A stretch of 38,372 bases of DNA, from contig NMRA01000552.1 in NCBI GenBank assembly GCA_002633005.1, positions 1 through 38,372 on the forward strand, in the 5' to 3' direction. Below, one piece after another: positions 23,242-36,615 of this stretch (positions are counted from its first letter, which is position 1; each line of letters opens with the position of its first letter). The notes under the pieces were generated by a model. The model saw only the letters and a list, made by a program, of their open reading frames with translations, was not told where the DNA came from and did no database searches. This DNA comes from Phoronis australis (lineage: Eukaryota > Animalia > Phoronida). The position numbers and the translations under genes are program-made.

Positions 23242-24078
23242 AGTTTTGTGGACAGTAAGACTGGTATTACGTCAATTAATATCCACCATTGCCTTTTATT
23301 TCACGCACTATTAAAAATACTTGGTTTGAATAGGTGATGCGAATGTCTCTGGATAGGTTCATGAGAACGTCGTGCGCTCTTTATTGCAGCAATTTCTGGC
23401 AGACACGTATTCGTATTTTTATGAAAATTTAAGCTCAAGAGAACCTTGTCCATTTTGCCTTGAAACTATATGGTGATTTACAGCATAAAAATCTCGGCGT
23501 GAGTCTCTACAATGTAAGCCTATTTGTCTACATCTAGCGAATCCGCAAGGCGGCATCTGACATTGGAAATTCTGATAATGATGTAATAAAACGCCTAAAC
23601 TAAGCTGAAAAACAGACCGTGCTGAGCCACTCCTACTTCAAAACTGACTCTTTAGACCAAAAACGCAAACTCCATTTTTTGTGAAAGGACTTAAGACATA
23701 GAACTGGGGCAGTTTGGTACATAAGATGTCATGACCAAAACTTTCGAGGAACATTCCAAAATAGGGACTCCACTAACTTCCCTAAATCGTCGGCGTTTTG
23801 TGCCTTTGTTAACTAGAAAACGTTATTTTAACCAATGACATTTCTTGATATTATATTTGGAAACGATTCCCTGTTTTAACGAAATTGCGTAGGGACAAGT
23901 AGGAACTCTTCATCTCGTTAGACAGCTGGAACATTGCTCGTGCCTTCAGCTTCATTGAGCATGGCATGCAAACGAGTTGGTGGAGAAAGTGACTATATAT
24001 ATATATGTAGAGTTACATGGATCATGATGATTAATAAATTCAATCTGAAATAGAATTATTCTCAACACATTAAATAAA

Positions 24079-25081
24079 CACCTCAACAAAATTTTGGAAA
24101 TAAGTGTTCACTAGTCCGTGTTTTCGATCGGTTTATTTAAGCCATGTTGCATATCAATGGAAAGCTCAGTTATTCCCCTTTCCAACAATGCCACATTTTG
24201 TGTATGACTGTTTGTTATGCTCAGCAACTTTGCTTTCAATGAGGGCTTGGTCTCAAAGTCAAAGTGAAAGTTGCAAATTTCACTGTTTTTTCCAAGTAGT
24301 GTCACTATACCTGCGATGTACTTCTGATTAACACGCGGGGGTAAACACCCAATTTGTGACAGTGAATGCTCATAGAATTCCTGTTGTTAGCAGGCTTGGA
24401 ATGAATCGCAATTGTTCAAACTGCGTTTGGAGTGCCAAGTTTGCAACTTTCTTCAAATGTACAGGAAATGAAATGGCCCGCATGCGGCCCAGACTTGAAC
24501 CCTATCGAACACCTGTGCGACCAACACAACCACTGCTGCTCCTACATACTCAGGAGTGGAATGCCCTCACACAGCAACGCTTGGCCAAGAGGTGTGACTC
24601 CGCTTTAGTGGCTGCCGTGCGAACGGTTCGTCAACCCGATAGGCTACTGTTGTCTACCGGTCAGACAATCACTACTGTCTATCAGTCAGTTGTTCAATAA
24701 ATACAGTGTTTAATTGTTGCCAAATTGTAATAACTTTTTATTACCATGGAACCAGTACTACTGTAATTGTTACTGAAAAAGCTGAAACCTCAAACTTGAG
24801 TACCTCCTCCGACTGAATTTGGAACATTCACTTTCAGACCTAAGCAAAAGGTAGTCCCTCGGTTAGTCTCCTACGGCACTCAAGGCGATGTAATTGCCTA
24901 TTTCAGACCAAGCCCTCTTTGGCAGCAAAGTTGCTAAACAATAAACATTTATTGACAGAATGTGGTATCGTTGGAAAGGAGAATGTCTGGGCATTTCGTT
25001 GGTATGCAGCATGATTTAATCAAACCAAAAATAGTAAAAACATTGCGAGTCAATACGAATTTCCAAACTTTTGTTGAAGTT
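24079..25081 (+). mobile_element. Tc1-type transposon relic with long TIRs
   Basis: Inverted repeats of about 150 bp: CACCTCAACAAAATTTTGGAAAT..CCTTTCCAACAATGCCACATT..AGCAACTTTGCT versus AGCAAAGTTGCT..AATGTGGTATCGTTGGAAAGG..ATTTCCAAACTTTTGTTGAAGT. Contains an internal transposase remnant. Confidence 0.85.
24468..24640 (+). pseudogene. Tc1 DDE transposase C-terminal remnant
   Basis: MKWPACGPDLNPIEHLCDQ matches the WPxxSPDLNPIEHLW motif. It is followed after a frameshift by QEWNALTQ..KRCDSALVAA. Confidence 0.85.
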
Positions 25082-25901
25082 TTCGATGAAAACGCGTTCG
25101 ACTTAAATAGTTGACCAAATCAGATACAGGTCGTGCGACCAGTCAAGAGTCATGGACGTAGCCTTGGAGGTCGTAGTCATTGTAAAAAATGGTCTTGCAA
25201 GTTCAAGCATGTTTTGAATATCTTTGACATCAACTGATCACTTCGAGTCTTTCAATTTAGTGCAAACTACCTCTGCAACTGCCAGTCCTGCCATAAGGCA
25301 AATCCGAAGACAAGGGTGCGCAAGCGACTCTGGTGTGCATTCAACACAACACTAAGACCGAAATTTATTTTCCACAGATTTCACACAAACCCTAATCTAC
25401 TCTTTAATCAATACAGCTAGTTCTAGCAAATAACACGACCAACGTCATGTCCGAAGGGTGGTTTTACCTGTATTGAGTCCGTCCTTCTGTTAGCACGGAC
25501 ACAATGCAGCAGCTGGAATCATACAGGAGCGTAAGGTTTATTTCCGGTGATCAGTGGGCTACGAGACGACCTTTTGAACAGTCTAACCAGCGCCATTGTT
25601 TAGTTTATCTGGCGCAGCAGTGACAGTTTTAGAAATTGGACAATGCTTTGTTTGTTCACTTTTGACTTGCTGGAAAGTGACAACCGTGCTTTGAGTAGAT
25701 AACCGTTTGAGATATTACATGTAGCTGTCTAAGAGCGATTGCTGATGGTAATATGGGTATGGCAGAAATACGCACTTGTTCTTGGTTGAAAGTGGGCCTG
25801 AACTAGCAAATCACATGCTGTATCTGATGCTCTAAAGAAATTTTGAGCTGTTTAGATTAACATTGAATATGAATTTTTATCAAGTGTAGGGTAACAATAA
25901 C

Positions 25902-26001
25902 TGATATATCATATTAACAAAGCCATAATTGAAAACGAAATATAATTATAATGATATATCATATTAACAAAGCCATAATTGAAAACGAAATATAATTATA
26001 A
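25902..26001 (+). repeat. Exact 50-bp tandem duplication
   Basis: TGATATATCATATTAACAAAGCCATAATTGAAAACGAAATATAATTATAA occurs twice. Confidence 0.92.
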
Positions 26002-27377
26002 TTAATTTAGTGAATTTTATTACGATTTCTTTCAAACATATTTATCATAGGATTCCCAATGAAATGTCTCCAAATTTCAAAATAAATTATTCAAGACGCG
26101 AGTGAATAATCTAGGAATGAAAACGGGGCTCAGAATAAGACAAAAAAGCATGATAGTTGATTTTGGTTTTGAGACCTGCGCTCCCTAAGTATAAAAAAGT
26201 CCGCTCGCATCAATTTCTGCCACTAGCGAATCCCAAAGACCGTTTTATCATTTTATTGTTTTACTCTTCAACGTCACAGGGCGTTCCAAGTGATGAAACA
26301 AGTCCGTGAGATATGAACGAAACGTCGGCTGTACACGTTTTAGGCAAAGGATTCAAAAAGGACCCTTTCTCTAAATTTCTGCCAAGTTCTCGTGTTTCTT
26401 AAAAGCGGCATAATGACACACACACACAGGACACAACCAGGTATCCCAAGAAGGGACAGCTAAGTCACAGAATAGCCGTGTGCATCGGTCTGCGAGTAAG
26501 CAGGTTGAGTACGTCCCTGGACTGCGTATACAGAGAACCGAAATTACTTGAGCAGAATCCCGAGTGACAAATTCACCACTGACCGTTCGGCGGTGGCATC
26601 AACTACTCGTTTTGTTCACACAATCCCCTTGAATCCATCGCACAACAATTATTAAGGACACAACCTGCTACATCACCAAGGGAACTGTTTGCTTCACAAT
26701 AACATTGAGTTGATGCCGATTTGTTGAATTATTAATTAGCTGTGTTCACTCCTGCGAGCAACATTTTTGAGGAAAAAATGCACAATTACATTCCGCAAAA
26801 CTCCCGCTATGGATGAGCGCAATCTGAAGATGTATAGAAACCTACAATATTTTGCCGAGCGTTCATGCGACACTTGTAACATTCCCGATTCCGGCCCCAA
26901 AAGTATTGCATAACGAAGGAGACGTGTCATTATTCACTGTTGAAGAAACGTGGAAGCCGAGATTCGCATCAACATTCCCGAACTGTTATGTAATCGTTTC
27001 AGATCTGTGCAGTGTGTAAAGTCTAGCTGTCACTATAAGGATATGTTACGTAACTACAACGTGGAGCAATTCACCAATATAAATATGTCATCTCTGACTG
27101 GTGGGGTTGGTTTCTGAATCAGTAGGACAATATATCTGCTAGTGGACAGAACCGTTGTTTAACCCCTGAAGGAAAGCATACCACAGCTGTTGTTAACGCA
27201 ATGCACCACTAGACGGTATGAAGGAGTTTCTTTCCACTTTTTTGCTGGAGACTGTCGTTGGCCCACTTCCATTGCATAATATTCGAAAGTTGTACGATAG
27301 CGGTTTTAGTTGACAAAGGAAGTCCCAGAACCATACATACCAAAATCGCGCACTTTTCGAATCTATGAGGTTACCTG

Positions 27378-27559
27378 CATGTTCGCACAAAGGGGGGAGG
27401 GGGTCTCAAGGGCTCGAAGTGGGCAAAAAGGTCGGCTTCAGAAAACAAAAGTCCAAAAATAGAAAACGAGACAAAAGACATAATTCCACTTGCAGGAACC
27501 ACCGAAATTCGGCGAGAGCAGAATTTATAGCCCCCATTTTTAGGCTGTGGGCGCTCATG
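27378..27559. mobile_element. Older CATG-family MITE
   Basis: Termini CATGTTCGCACA..TGTGGGCGCTCATG. Internal AAGTGGGCAAAAAGGTC is shared with 17147-17289. The TSD is degenerate (acctg/cactg). Confidence 0.65.
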
Positions 27560-27825
27560 CACTGCATTCGACGAGTGCGCTGATTGTTTGGGCTTCAAGT
27601 TCAGCGAACAGTGAACAGATGACTACTGAGAGGTGTAATACCTATCTACATTCTATGTCTGTATGCGGAAACCAGACCGTTTGCAAATTAATATCACTTC
27701 ATACTTGAAATTCGGATTTGAAAAAAATATTTGTTGAACATCGTTGTGGGGTAAATTACTAAACCCTGTTAGGTTACTTTTGTCTATTTGATGCCTAGGT
27801 ACTTGATATTTGTGTCAATATATAT

Positions 27826-27829
<4 letters not shown>

Positions 27830-27865
<36 letters not shown>
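27830..27865 (+). repeat. (CA)n microsatellite abutting a gap
   Basis: AC dinucleotide run that continues into the N-run. Confidence 0.95.
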
Positions 27866-28860
27866 NNNNNNNNNNNNNNNNNNNNNNNNNNNNNNNNNNN
27901 NNNNNNNNNNNNNNNNNNNNNNNNNNNNNNNNNNNNNNNNNNNNNNNNNNNNNNNNNNNNNNNNNNNNNNNNNNNNNNNNNNNNNNNNNNNNNNNNNNNN
28001 NNNNNNNNNNNNNNNNNNNNNNNNNNNNNNNNNNNNNNNNNNNNNNNNNNNNNNNNNNNNNNNNNNNNNNNNNNNNNNNNNNNNNNNNNNNNNNNNNNNN
28101 NNNNNNNNNNNNNNNNNNNNNNNNNNNNNNNNNNNNNNNNNNNNNNNNNNNNNNNNNNNNNNNNNNNNNNNNNNNNNNNNNNNNNNNNNNNNNNNNNNNN
28201 NNNNNNNNNNNNNNNNNNNNNNNNNNNNNNNNNNNNNNNNNNNNNNNNNNNNNNNNNNNNNNNNNNNNNNNNNNNNNNNNNNNNNNNNNNNNNNNNNNNN
28301 NNNNNNNNNNNNNNNNNNNNNNNNNNNNNNNNNNNNNNNNNNNNNNNNNNNNNNNNNNNNNNNNNNNNNNNNNNNNNNNNNNNNNNNNNNNNNNNNNNNN
28401 NNNNNNNNNNNNNNNNNNNNNNNNNNNNNNNNNNNNNNNNNNNNNNNNNNNNNNNNNNNNNNNNNNNNNNNNNNNNNNNNNNNNNNNNNNNNNNNNNNNN
28501 NNNNNNNNNNNNNNNNNNNNNNNNNNNNNNNNNNNNNNNNNNNNNNNNNNNNNNNNNNNNNNNNNNNNNNNNNNNNNNNNNNNNNNNNNNNNNNNNNNNN
28601 NNNNNNNNNNNNNNNNNNNNNNNNNNNNNNNNNNNNNNNNNNNNNNNNNNNNNNNNNNNNNNNNNNNNNNNNNNNNNNNNNNNNNNNNNNNNNNNNNNNN
28701 NNNNNNNNNNNNNNNNNNNNNNNNNNNNNNNNNNNNNNNNNNNNNNNNNNNNNNNNNNNNNNNNNNNNNNNNNNNNNNNNNNNNNNNNNNNNNNNNNNNN
28801 NNNNNNNNNNNNNNNNNNNNNNNNNNNNNNNNNNNNNNNNNNNNNNNNNNNNNNNNNNNN
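27866..28860. other. Assembly gap
   Basis: N-run. Confidence 0.98.
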
Positions 28861-30992
28861 AGGCGCTTTTGTTACAGGAATGGTGGTGGCTTAGTGGGAG
28901 AGCACGAGTACACTTTCAGACTGGTAGTGAGTTCAAGTCCGTTGCATTAACAATGTATCTAGTTTTACACGATCTGTTTCTTTTCTTTTCTTTGTCTTTG
29001 GTAATATACACTTCAGAAATCACGGAAAATGCTTGTTCTTAGAGGTAAAAACAACATTTTCTCCCACGATTCGGCGCTTATAAGACAAAATGTTAGCCCC
29101 CCCTAATGACATCCTAGATCCGCCACTGCAATGGATAATTCTAACAATTTCTTGGGCACTCAAATTAATATGTGTTGATCACTAAAATCACGTCTCACCA
29201 ACTGCCGTCAAAATTAATCGCCAAAATTGATTTTTTCTGTTTCAGAAGCTTTTAAAGTTGTTTTGAATTTGAGCAACTTCCCAAATATACAGGCAGCAGA
29301 TAGCACAGTTTTGATATAAATAATGCATTTATTACGTACTACTTATCTTATATGAAAAATGGCTTCTATATTGTGTCCAAAATACTAAAACTTTACAACG
29401 CCTGGCAAGCACGGGTCAAATTTGATACCATAGAAAACAAGCAAGAGGTACAGGGTTAAAATAAATACACTAGGGGACCGATTCCACTGCGTGGATGTCA
29501 CTCTCCACTACCTCATATGTTGATGGCATCGTGGAACGAATTTCCACTTTACACGAGTGCGTCTAATATTATAAGAAGTAATGCTTGGCTCTCATCAAGG
29601 TTCAGTGAATTTTCCCAAATACCTCCAAGGGGTTACACGCTGACAGCTTGACACGTCATCTGCGAGGGACGGTTTACGGCGGGAACTTATGCAAGCAACA
29701 TCTTCATCATATTGGTCGTAGTACCTGTGCCGAGAGTGACATAACAGTTCATCGTTGTCTGGGATCGAGGATGGTACATTCAAACAGGTTATGGGTGAAG
29801 TGAGTGCGACCCTTGATTTTGCAAAGACTGAACACGCGAACTAAATCGTGGCGTTGGCGACTCTGGGTAGCAGTGTACGTTCGAATGGGCCGTGATAGTT
29901 TGCCCTGACCGTGTTGCGTTAAACAGCGCCCACTGTCCGGAGGTTATCGCCGATAAAAGCCTATATCATAACAGATGTTCTGGGCGCTCTTGCGGTTGTA
30001 GTACTATCGTCGACAGTTGAACGAAGTGAGAGCCAGTGGCCAGTTTAGCAACGTCATAGTGCTGTCGATTTTTCTGCCAGATACCAGAGACGGGCTGCGA
30101 TTGACGGCAACTGGATTTCGATAGATGGCTGGAGAGTATTCCCCCTTTTCGCCAGGCATGAAATCGAGATGGTCGGAGCGCGGGTGTGGGCGTTTTTTCC
30201 TCCGTGTTAAGTGAAGCAGGTGTCAGTCGAGACTTATGTGTAAATTAAATTATCAGTGTTACAAATGCATGAACATGGCCGTGTATACAAGCGATAAATG
30301 CTCAGGCAAATATTATTTGGTGACATTATTAGCAAGTTTAAGTTTTTCAAACTGTCATTGTCTAAACTAACCCAAGCTGTCGACCAAGAAATACACTGAC
30401 TGATAATTAGGCCGTAGTCCATTTGACTCTAGGAAGCCTAGAATATAATTCCGTGGCTACTTTTTGGGGGCAAGATAAGGTTATTAAGTACTATACTTTG
30501 AGACTTTAAAAAGTTCCGAAGATTCGACTTGCACCTTTTTTGGGAAATGTGACCTAAAAATTTTGGCACAGAACACCAACCTTCAAAAACCAGCAACACT
30601 AGACAAAAAGTGAATGATAATTTGATTGGTTTTTGTTCATTTGAAGTCACTGGACAAGAAAAGTATTAGGTTTAAAATTGCTCAAAAAAGAGAAAATAGT
30701 TTTAGCAGCGCCTCCTCTTGACCACAAAACATACTACTATTTTATGAACTACCATAAACAATACCGTTAACCATTTGGAACTTGGAAAAGATTTGATATT
30801 ACAACAACATATGAACAACATACATTTCCAACGTTTCTACAATGGTTTCACTTTCATCATAATTGTCACAATTAATTGTCATTCAATGGTGATTACTAAC
30901 TTCTATTCCCTGTATTTCTTGCTACTCTCATTTCACTACATAGATGTTACCTGACTGGTATGTCGACATTTGCTGTCTTACTGTATATAATT

Positions 30993-31030
30993 ATCCTGAT
31001 GATGTCTTATGAATAGACGAAACTTTGAAT
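30993..31030 (+). ncRNA. Minimal hammerhead-ribozyme-like core in a Penelope-like fragment (probably degenerate)
   Basis: CTGATGA (30996-31002), T, then stem II GTCT/AGAC with loop TATGAAT, then GAAAC (31019-31023). Stems I and III are not convincingly resolved. Confidence 0.5.
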
Positions 31031-31324
31031 GAACATGAACTTTTTTTATTTGTGCGGCGATTGTCCGTTTTTTAATCTTCCTATTGGCCAAAAAGTGTTG
31101 TAATTAATTATCATTAACCACATTGCAGTTCATTGTCAACTGTCTCAGGGGAACGATAACCATACAGTCCTGACAGCCACGAGCATGACAAAATGTTGTC
31201 AATATTTTCCACGAGGCAACAAATTTAGAGTTCTTCAACAACATAGCACACATTTTCTTCATTCAATCCATCATCATTTATATCATCATTATTGTCATCA
31301 AAAGTTGTTTCTTGAGACATCGTG

Positions 31325-31721
31325 TTTACAAAATCTGCACATTCACACAACTTAAACATGGCATGCACTACTTCAATCAAGAGCTCATTTTTTACTACAA
31401 CCATTCATTTTGCACTTGCAATTAACGTTTTTCATGACATTTTCTGGGGCTAAAGGCAGAGTTATCCTGTGGAACTTCATACTACCCTGCTCAACGCCAC
31501 CCATTACCAACTGGAGATTGTGCATTGACATGTTGTTGCAAAGCTCGTTTGTGAATGGTATACTGGTAGTTTGGTCCTTTGGCATGTAACAGCAAACAAA
31601 CATGATTTGGAGGCAGAGATGATTCCATCACAGATTTCAACCCGACTATGTGGTAGCGTGCTTTATCAACTGTTGATGAGTCGCCGTACAGCTTGCATAC
31701 AAACGGTTCAATGTCTCCCAA
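31325..31721 (-). pseudogene. Academ-type transposase C-terminus (post-XPG region plus Cys-rich finger)
   Basis: IEPFVCKLYG..VDKARY..LPPNHVCLLLHAKGPNYQYTIHKRA..SPVGNGW, then frameshifted LAPENVMKNVNCKCKMNGCS..CRFCKH. This fits ExFVCxLY / LPPTxxxLxxHxxRAxYQ / PxxxGW / APxxxxxxxxCxCK. Confidence 0.75.
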
Positions 31722-32514
31722 ACTTGACCAGGAAACACAAATGTTGAGCCCAACTTTAATGACAAAGTTTAAAAAATACCTGCATCCTACCCGGAATATT
31801 TTTTGTCAACCTGAATACCGTTTCATCTAAATACTTCTCAGCCTTGTTACAGTAACCCTTTGTCTGAAACGGATAACCAAAATGCTCTTCACTTCAGCAC
31901 ATGGTATATGGGCAACAAATGAAATTTTATTTTGTCAAAGTGCTGAGCAAAAGTAAGCATTAAGAGAAATGAGCGTCATAACTAGCATTGATTGCACTGT
32001 ACTGTTACTTTCAAACAATTTAAGACAGACAAATTTTCATCATCCCTAATACTGTAGTCCAGCCTTTGAAAACAGAGGAGTGATCATTTTGGCAATAGTT
32101 TTTGCATCTTATTTACCGTAGAGCTGAAATTTCTTTTGACGCTTTTTGCCTTAGAGAGCAAGTAAAAATTTTCCTACGCTAAAAATTCTCTAGTTCAAGA
32201 ATCTCCAAAATGTGAGACACTGAAATCTGAGGAACTTCTGAATTTTCAAGAATTACAGAACACGACAATATTTGTATTTTTATATTTCTCAAAATTCAAA
32301 CACTGCTCATGGTTCTACATAAAAGAATTTGAAAATAGGCTTGAAAGTTCATAAAATGCTGTGCTGATCGCTCACATGTAGGTAAAAACTACTATCAATA
32401 CCTTTGAAATTGGGGCGGTTAATACTGCAAATTGATCAAGCAAATTAGTTCTTTTTTCTCTGGCCTAAACTAAATTTTTTTTATGAGAAATGAATTAAAA
32501 ATAGGTACGCTTAT

Positions 32515-32927
32515 TTATAAGTGAATGTTATTAACTGAAACAAGTTTTCTGTGGTGGACTTTTGATTTGTGGCAAAATGATACGTTGTGTGGCAACACAT
32601 ATACATTTCTTTGCGCAGTGTTAAATGGAACTGTCAGTGGCAATCTCCGTAATTTTCTAGTAGATTCAAAATCGTTTCCTTCGTCACGTTGGTCTTTTTC
32701 TTTTTTAAGATCTTTTTCAATTTTTGTTACATGCTGTAACACTGCTTGTTATAGAAGAGATCGTTTTTTTCACAAGAACTTAAAACCTTCTCAGCAATGA
32801 TACTGTAATTGCATTCAATATTGATCCATTTGTTTGCAGTAGGCTTTAACCACGTAATGTCTGAAAATTCCAGGAGCTCAGAATTTTGAGCAGAATCTGA
32901 GACATGAATGCAACAAGGGGCAGACAT
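32515..32927 (-). pseudogene. Probable N-terminal remnant of the same transposase
   Basis: MSAPCCIHVSD..LLEFSDITW..KW..IAEK..FYNKQCYSM, then frameshifted VTKIEK..TRKLRR..YVLP..FCHK. Same strand and inside the same TIRs. Confidence 0.5.
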
Positions 32928-33888
32928 CTTACCAGTCTATTGTGAAGTCGCACAGTCATTGAATGATTTATAGTTTCAGCAGTGTCCTAGCTGGCCCAAA
33001 ACAGTTGCACAACATGATTCAGCAACATGCCAAGAATTATATGTATGTCACTGTCAGTATGATGAAACTTGCCACTTGACTTGGCTTTCCTCAACTCCCA
33101 ACTGCTGCCTGCTGGTTTATGAGCCTTAGCCCTTAGTAAATTGTTAATTGCATGCACACCCATCCAGATACTGTGCAATGTAGACAGTAGATGTAAACAA
33201 GTTAGCCAAGCCAGCAAGATGATATCAGCTGGCTGTCCTCTTATGACAGACAACTTGGGAATGGGAAAGGTAACAGTATTTTCCTAGCAACTGATTGGCT
33301 GTTCTGATCATTTTGGTGGTTAACATATTAGTTGAGGCTATTTTCCCAACTTTTAAATCAAAATTCTTACTAAACGTGCAAGTGAATTCTCTTTTGAATT
33401 TGACTTTTGAAATCTTTAGATGGCTTTAATGCAAAGTTCCCGTTGCCCCCCGAAAGTAGCCTGGCACGGAGGTGAAAGATAGATAACTACAAGAGTCATT
33501 GTATCAGAAGTGGTTCCTTCATTTCTTAACAATACTGAATCACGTCTAACATAGGTATCTGTAATGAAACAACGAAAACAGGTTAACGAACATGTAAAAG
33601 TAATACAGAATAAATGGATATTCTCTAAAAGATTGGAGACTTGGGACTATGACCTAAATTATCTTGCCACCCTATTGACTTGCTTACGATTCTTTTTCAG
33701 AACAGAAACGACTCCTGGAATACAATTCTATTTGGCCCTTGCCAAGCTATTTGGTGGTCTGGTGTTCCCTGCGTCTTTCTATGGATATGTGCACCGCTTT
33801 ACGCTTGGCACCTTGCCATGAAGGCCACTGTTAACAGATGCCGTGATCTCAGCCTTTTAGCTGTTATGAAACTTGTAAGTACTTATAA

Positions 33889-34322
33889 AGTCCAGTTTAG
33901 ACATCAACTTTTGGCCCGGCACAACTGACACGGAGCAAATTGATCGGTGTCAAGCGTCCGTTTACACATATAACTCACTAACTGTGGCAAGACTGAAATT
34001 GTAGGCTCTAGTGGCGAGTGGATCACACATGCGCAGGTTTACAAATGACGGGAGCTGAAGAGACAGAGAACCCGTATTTAGGTCATTACGCAAACGCGGT
34101 AGAGATGATCCTTTCCGCCTTGTCCCAGTTTCGCGTTTACACACATAATTGACACGGAGCAAGATGTTCTAGCGCATATTGCTCTACCTCACAAACGGGT
34201 GGCAAAAGTAGTTACCGCGGTGTCAATTTGTTCCGTGTCAGTCCTGTTTACACGCATATTTGTGCTGGAACAACACGTTCCGTGTCAGCTGATCGTGTCA
34301 AGTTTGTAGTGTAAACGGCAGT
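33889..34322. mobile_element. PIF/Harbinger-like MITE
   Basis: Imperfect TIR: AGTCCAGTTTAGACATCAACTTT..CTGACACGGA versus the reverse complement ACTGCCGTTTACACTACAAACTT..CTGACACGGA. TAA/TTA flanks. Internal GACACGGAGCAA and GTTTACAC motifs repeat. Confidence 0.55.
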
Positions 34323-35343
34323 TTAGGCAAATGATTGCCGCGCAGTATTGACAAGCGATGCTCTTTCGACTGTAGGACACAGGCTCAAGGGCAATGCCCC
34401 TCCCAGTGTCTGGTTGAGTCGACTGGGAATGATACCATCGAACGGGTTAAGAACACTAGTTAAGAACTCGTTGCTGATCAACTGTCGTACTTGCCTAACA
34501 TAACAAACCATCATTTCTTTAAATCTTGAATGTTAAACCTTAGAAGTGGGCCTAATCTCGATACGAGCATATATACGTCTAAAGTTATTTCACGTACTTC
34601 TTGACATGTGTTGTTCGCTAATTTGTTCTCGGTTACAAAACATGGTTATGGCGTCCACATATTTGCGTAACGATTATTACGTAAGCCATATCCCGGCTCA
34701 GAACCCACTTTTTGGATGATAAAATGGTGACCATTGGAGATAATTGATTGTGTCTGGCGTGAAACAACAGCAAACTGCAAATTGCCAGGCCCAGGAATTA
34801 GTAATCAAAGTAAGGGATAAGTTGATACCTACTTTGTTGTAGAAAATGTTTAATTTTAAAAGCCACTGTATAGATGTTTCAAAATGACCACATCTGGCCT
34901 GCTACACGCCACCAGGAGTTGGATTGATCGTTAACTTTCAATCACGATATCCTCAGGGGCTGTCGGTGTAGTAAACATTCCCTCCTTCAAAACGTTGTCG
35001 ACTAGTTGGGTAATAAGAGAAGGTTGGGCAATGAAGAAATCAATAGGCTCATTGACAGCTTTGAAAAAACTTAGTTATGATAAATTTGACCTGCTGTTTG
35101 AAGCAAGTTTCATAGACACTGCACGTTTATCGACGTTTTTCATCAAATTGATTTTTTATGAATTGTTCCGCTTAAATATGAAAGAGGTGTCACTTCATTA
35201 AATAAAGTAGTTGACAAGTTTACGGCCATTGCCTTGGCAACGTTTTAGGCTGGTACTGAATCCATAAACCTAAGAGATTACAGTAAATGTAGACGCTGAT
35301 GTTGACCAATAGTGAAATATATATTATATAATCTATTATTATA

Positions 35344-36615
35344 TCTATTATATAAAATGCATCGTTTGCACAAACTCCGTCTTCCCCGCTCCACTACAGA
35401 CCTTCGTTGGGCCCGTTTCGACACCGCCTTGGTCCCAGGTATTGCACCGGCTCCCTATTTGGATTCGAGGTGTTCTATTTTTTCTCTCGGGTCGTTTTTT
35501 TGCGGACGCGGAGGGAGGGTGGCCAGTTTCGCACTAGCCTTGGTGACGTCAGTGGGTCGGCTCAACGACCTGGGTGACGTCACTCCGTCGGCTTGATTTC
35601 ACTCCCTCCGGCTTCTGTCGCGTAAATAATTCATCGGGCCTGTCGCCGCCAAAATTAATTTCTTAGTCTTCCTTGAGTAAACTAAATTATTTACCCGGGT
35701 GTTGGAAAATTGGCGTTCTTCAGTTATTCTGCTGCTAAAATTGCGATGCGCTTTTGGGCGTCCTTGCGTCACCTATTGGCCAATTTCCATGATCTTCAGT
35801 CAACTGTAAGGTTGCGTACATGTCGTAAAAATCGGAAGTAGTTTCATTTCGTTACAAGTTTTTACTATTTTAATACCAGAAAACCCAATTTCAGAACAAA
35901 CTCCCGAGAGATATCGCAAAATTTTAGGAAATGGCGCGTACGTGCGCGTATCACGAGTATGCACTATTTCAAAACGACGACAAATTTTCCTTTGTTACAT
36001 GGCGGAGAATTACGAAAAATAACGTTTTTTGTACTTCTATGAACGGCTTTAACGGACAACGGTGAATGTCAGTTCATTCCGAGATTCTGAATGCACCCCT
36101 GCAGGTGGTTAGCTCTGAGTTTCACGACGAGGTAACTAACTGAGCTCCCGGCTTGTGTGCGGAAATTTCGGTGTTTAACGGAGCTCTACACACGGCTACC
36201 TAGCTGCAGTGTGTGTTGACGATAGTCTTCATACAGCTAGCTGACTTTCTACCTCAGTATGTACATTTATGATGCAACTTTTGTAAATACATCTATATAG
36301 TTTGTGTACTAAACAATATTTTAAATGCATTCTTAGTTTTCACTTTAAAAGAATATCCGATTACCGTACTTTGTGTTACGGCAGGGTCAAATGTTCTGGT
36401 AAGAAATTTGTACTGCCTGGGTAAGGAATCTTGCAGCCGCACACCTTGCGTACTAAAATCTGACAGTGACAGAAATTCTGCTTGAAGCTTTGAACACGGT
36501 CTCTTCAAGAAGTATTCCTGTCTCTTGGGATGAACACTCGGTTCACTGTTAGGTGTAGGTTTTTCCAGTTGGCGTTTTTCCCACTTTCTGCTACCCGAGC
36601 TTTTGCTTTTGCTAG
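35344..36615 (+). mobile_element. Non-autonomous Helitron-like element, unit 1
   Basis: 5' A|TCTATTATATAAAATGCATCG and 3' ..GCTAG. The first ~95 bp recur at 36616. Confidence 0.6.

Larger units (their letters stand above)
30439..33481 (-). mobile_element. Academ (AcademX)-like DNA transposon relic, internally deleted
   Basis: Imperfect TIRs: TAG..TCCGTGGCTACTTTTTGGGGGCAA versus TTGCCCCCCGAAAGTAGCCTGGCACGGA. Minus-strand N- and C-terminal protein remnants. No TSD recognised, so boundaries are approximate. Confidence 0.6.

Noticed and set aside
27788-29042. ORFs of 368 and 410 aa with HT repeats
   Set aside because: They are translations of the (CA)n microsatellite plus the N-gap.
29395-29460. 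piggyBac-like right end (..CAGGG|TTAA)
   Set aside because: No matching left terminus was found, and it is too short to support a call.
29595-30230. GC-richer stretch that might be coding
   Set aside because: The frames I examined contain stops and no recognisable domain motif.
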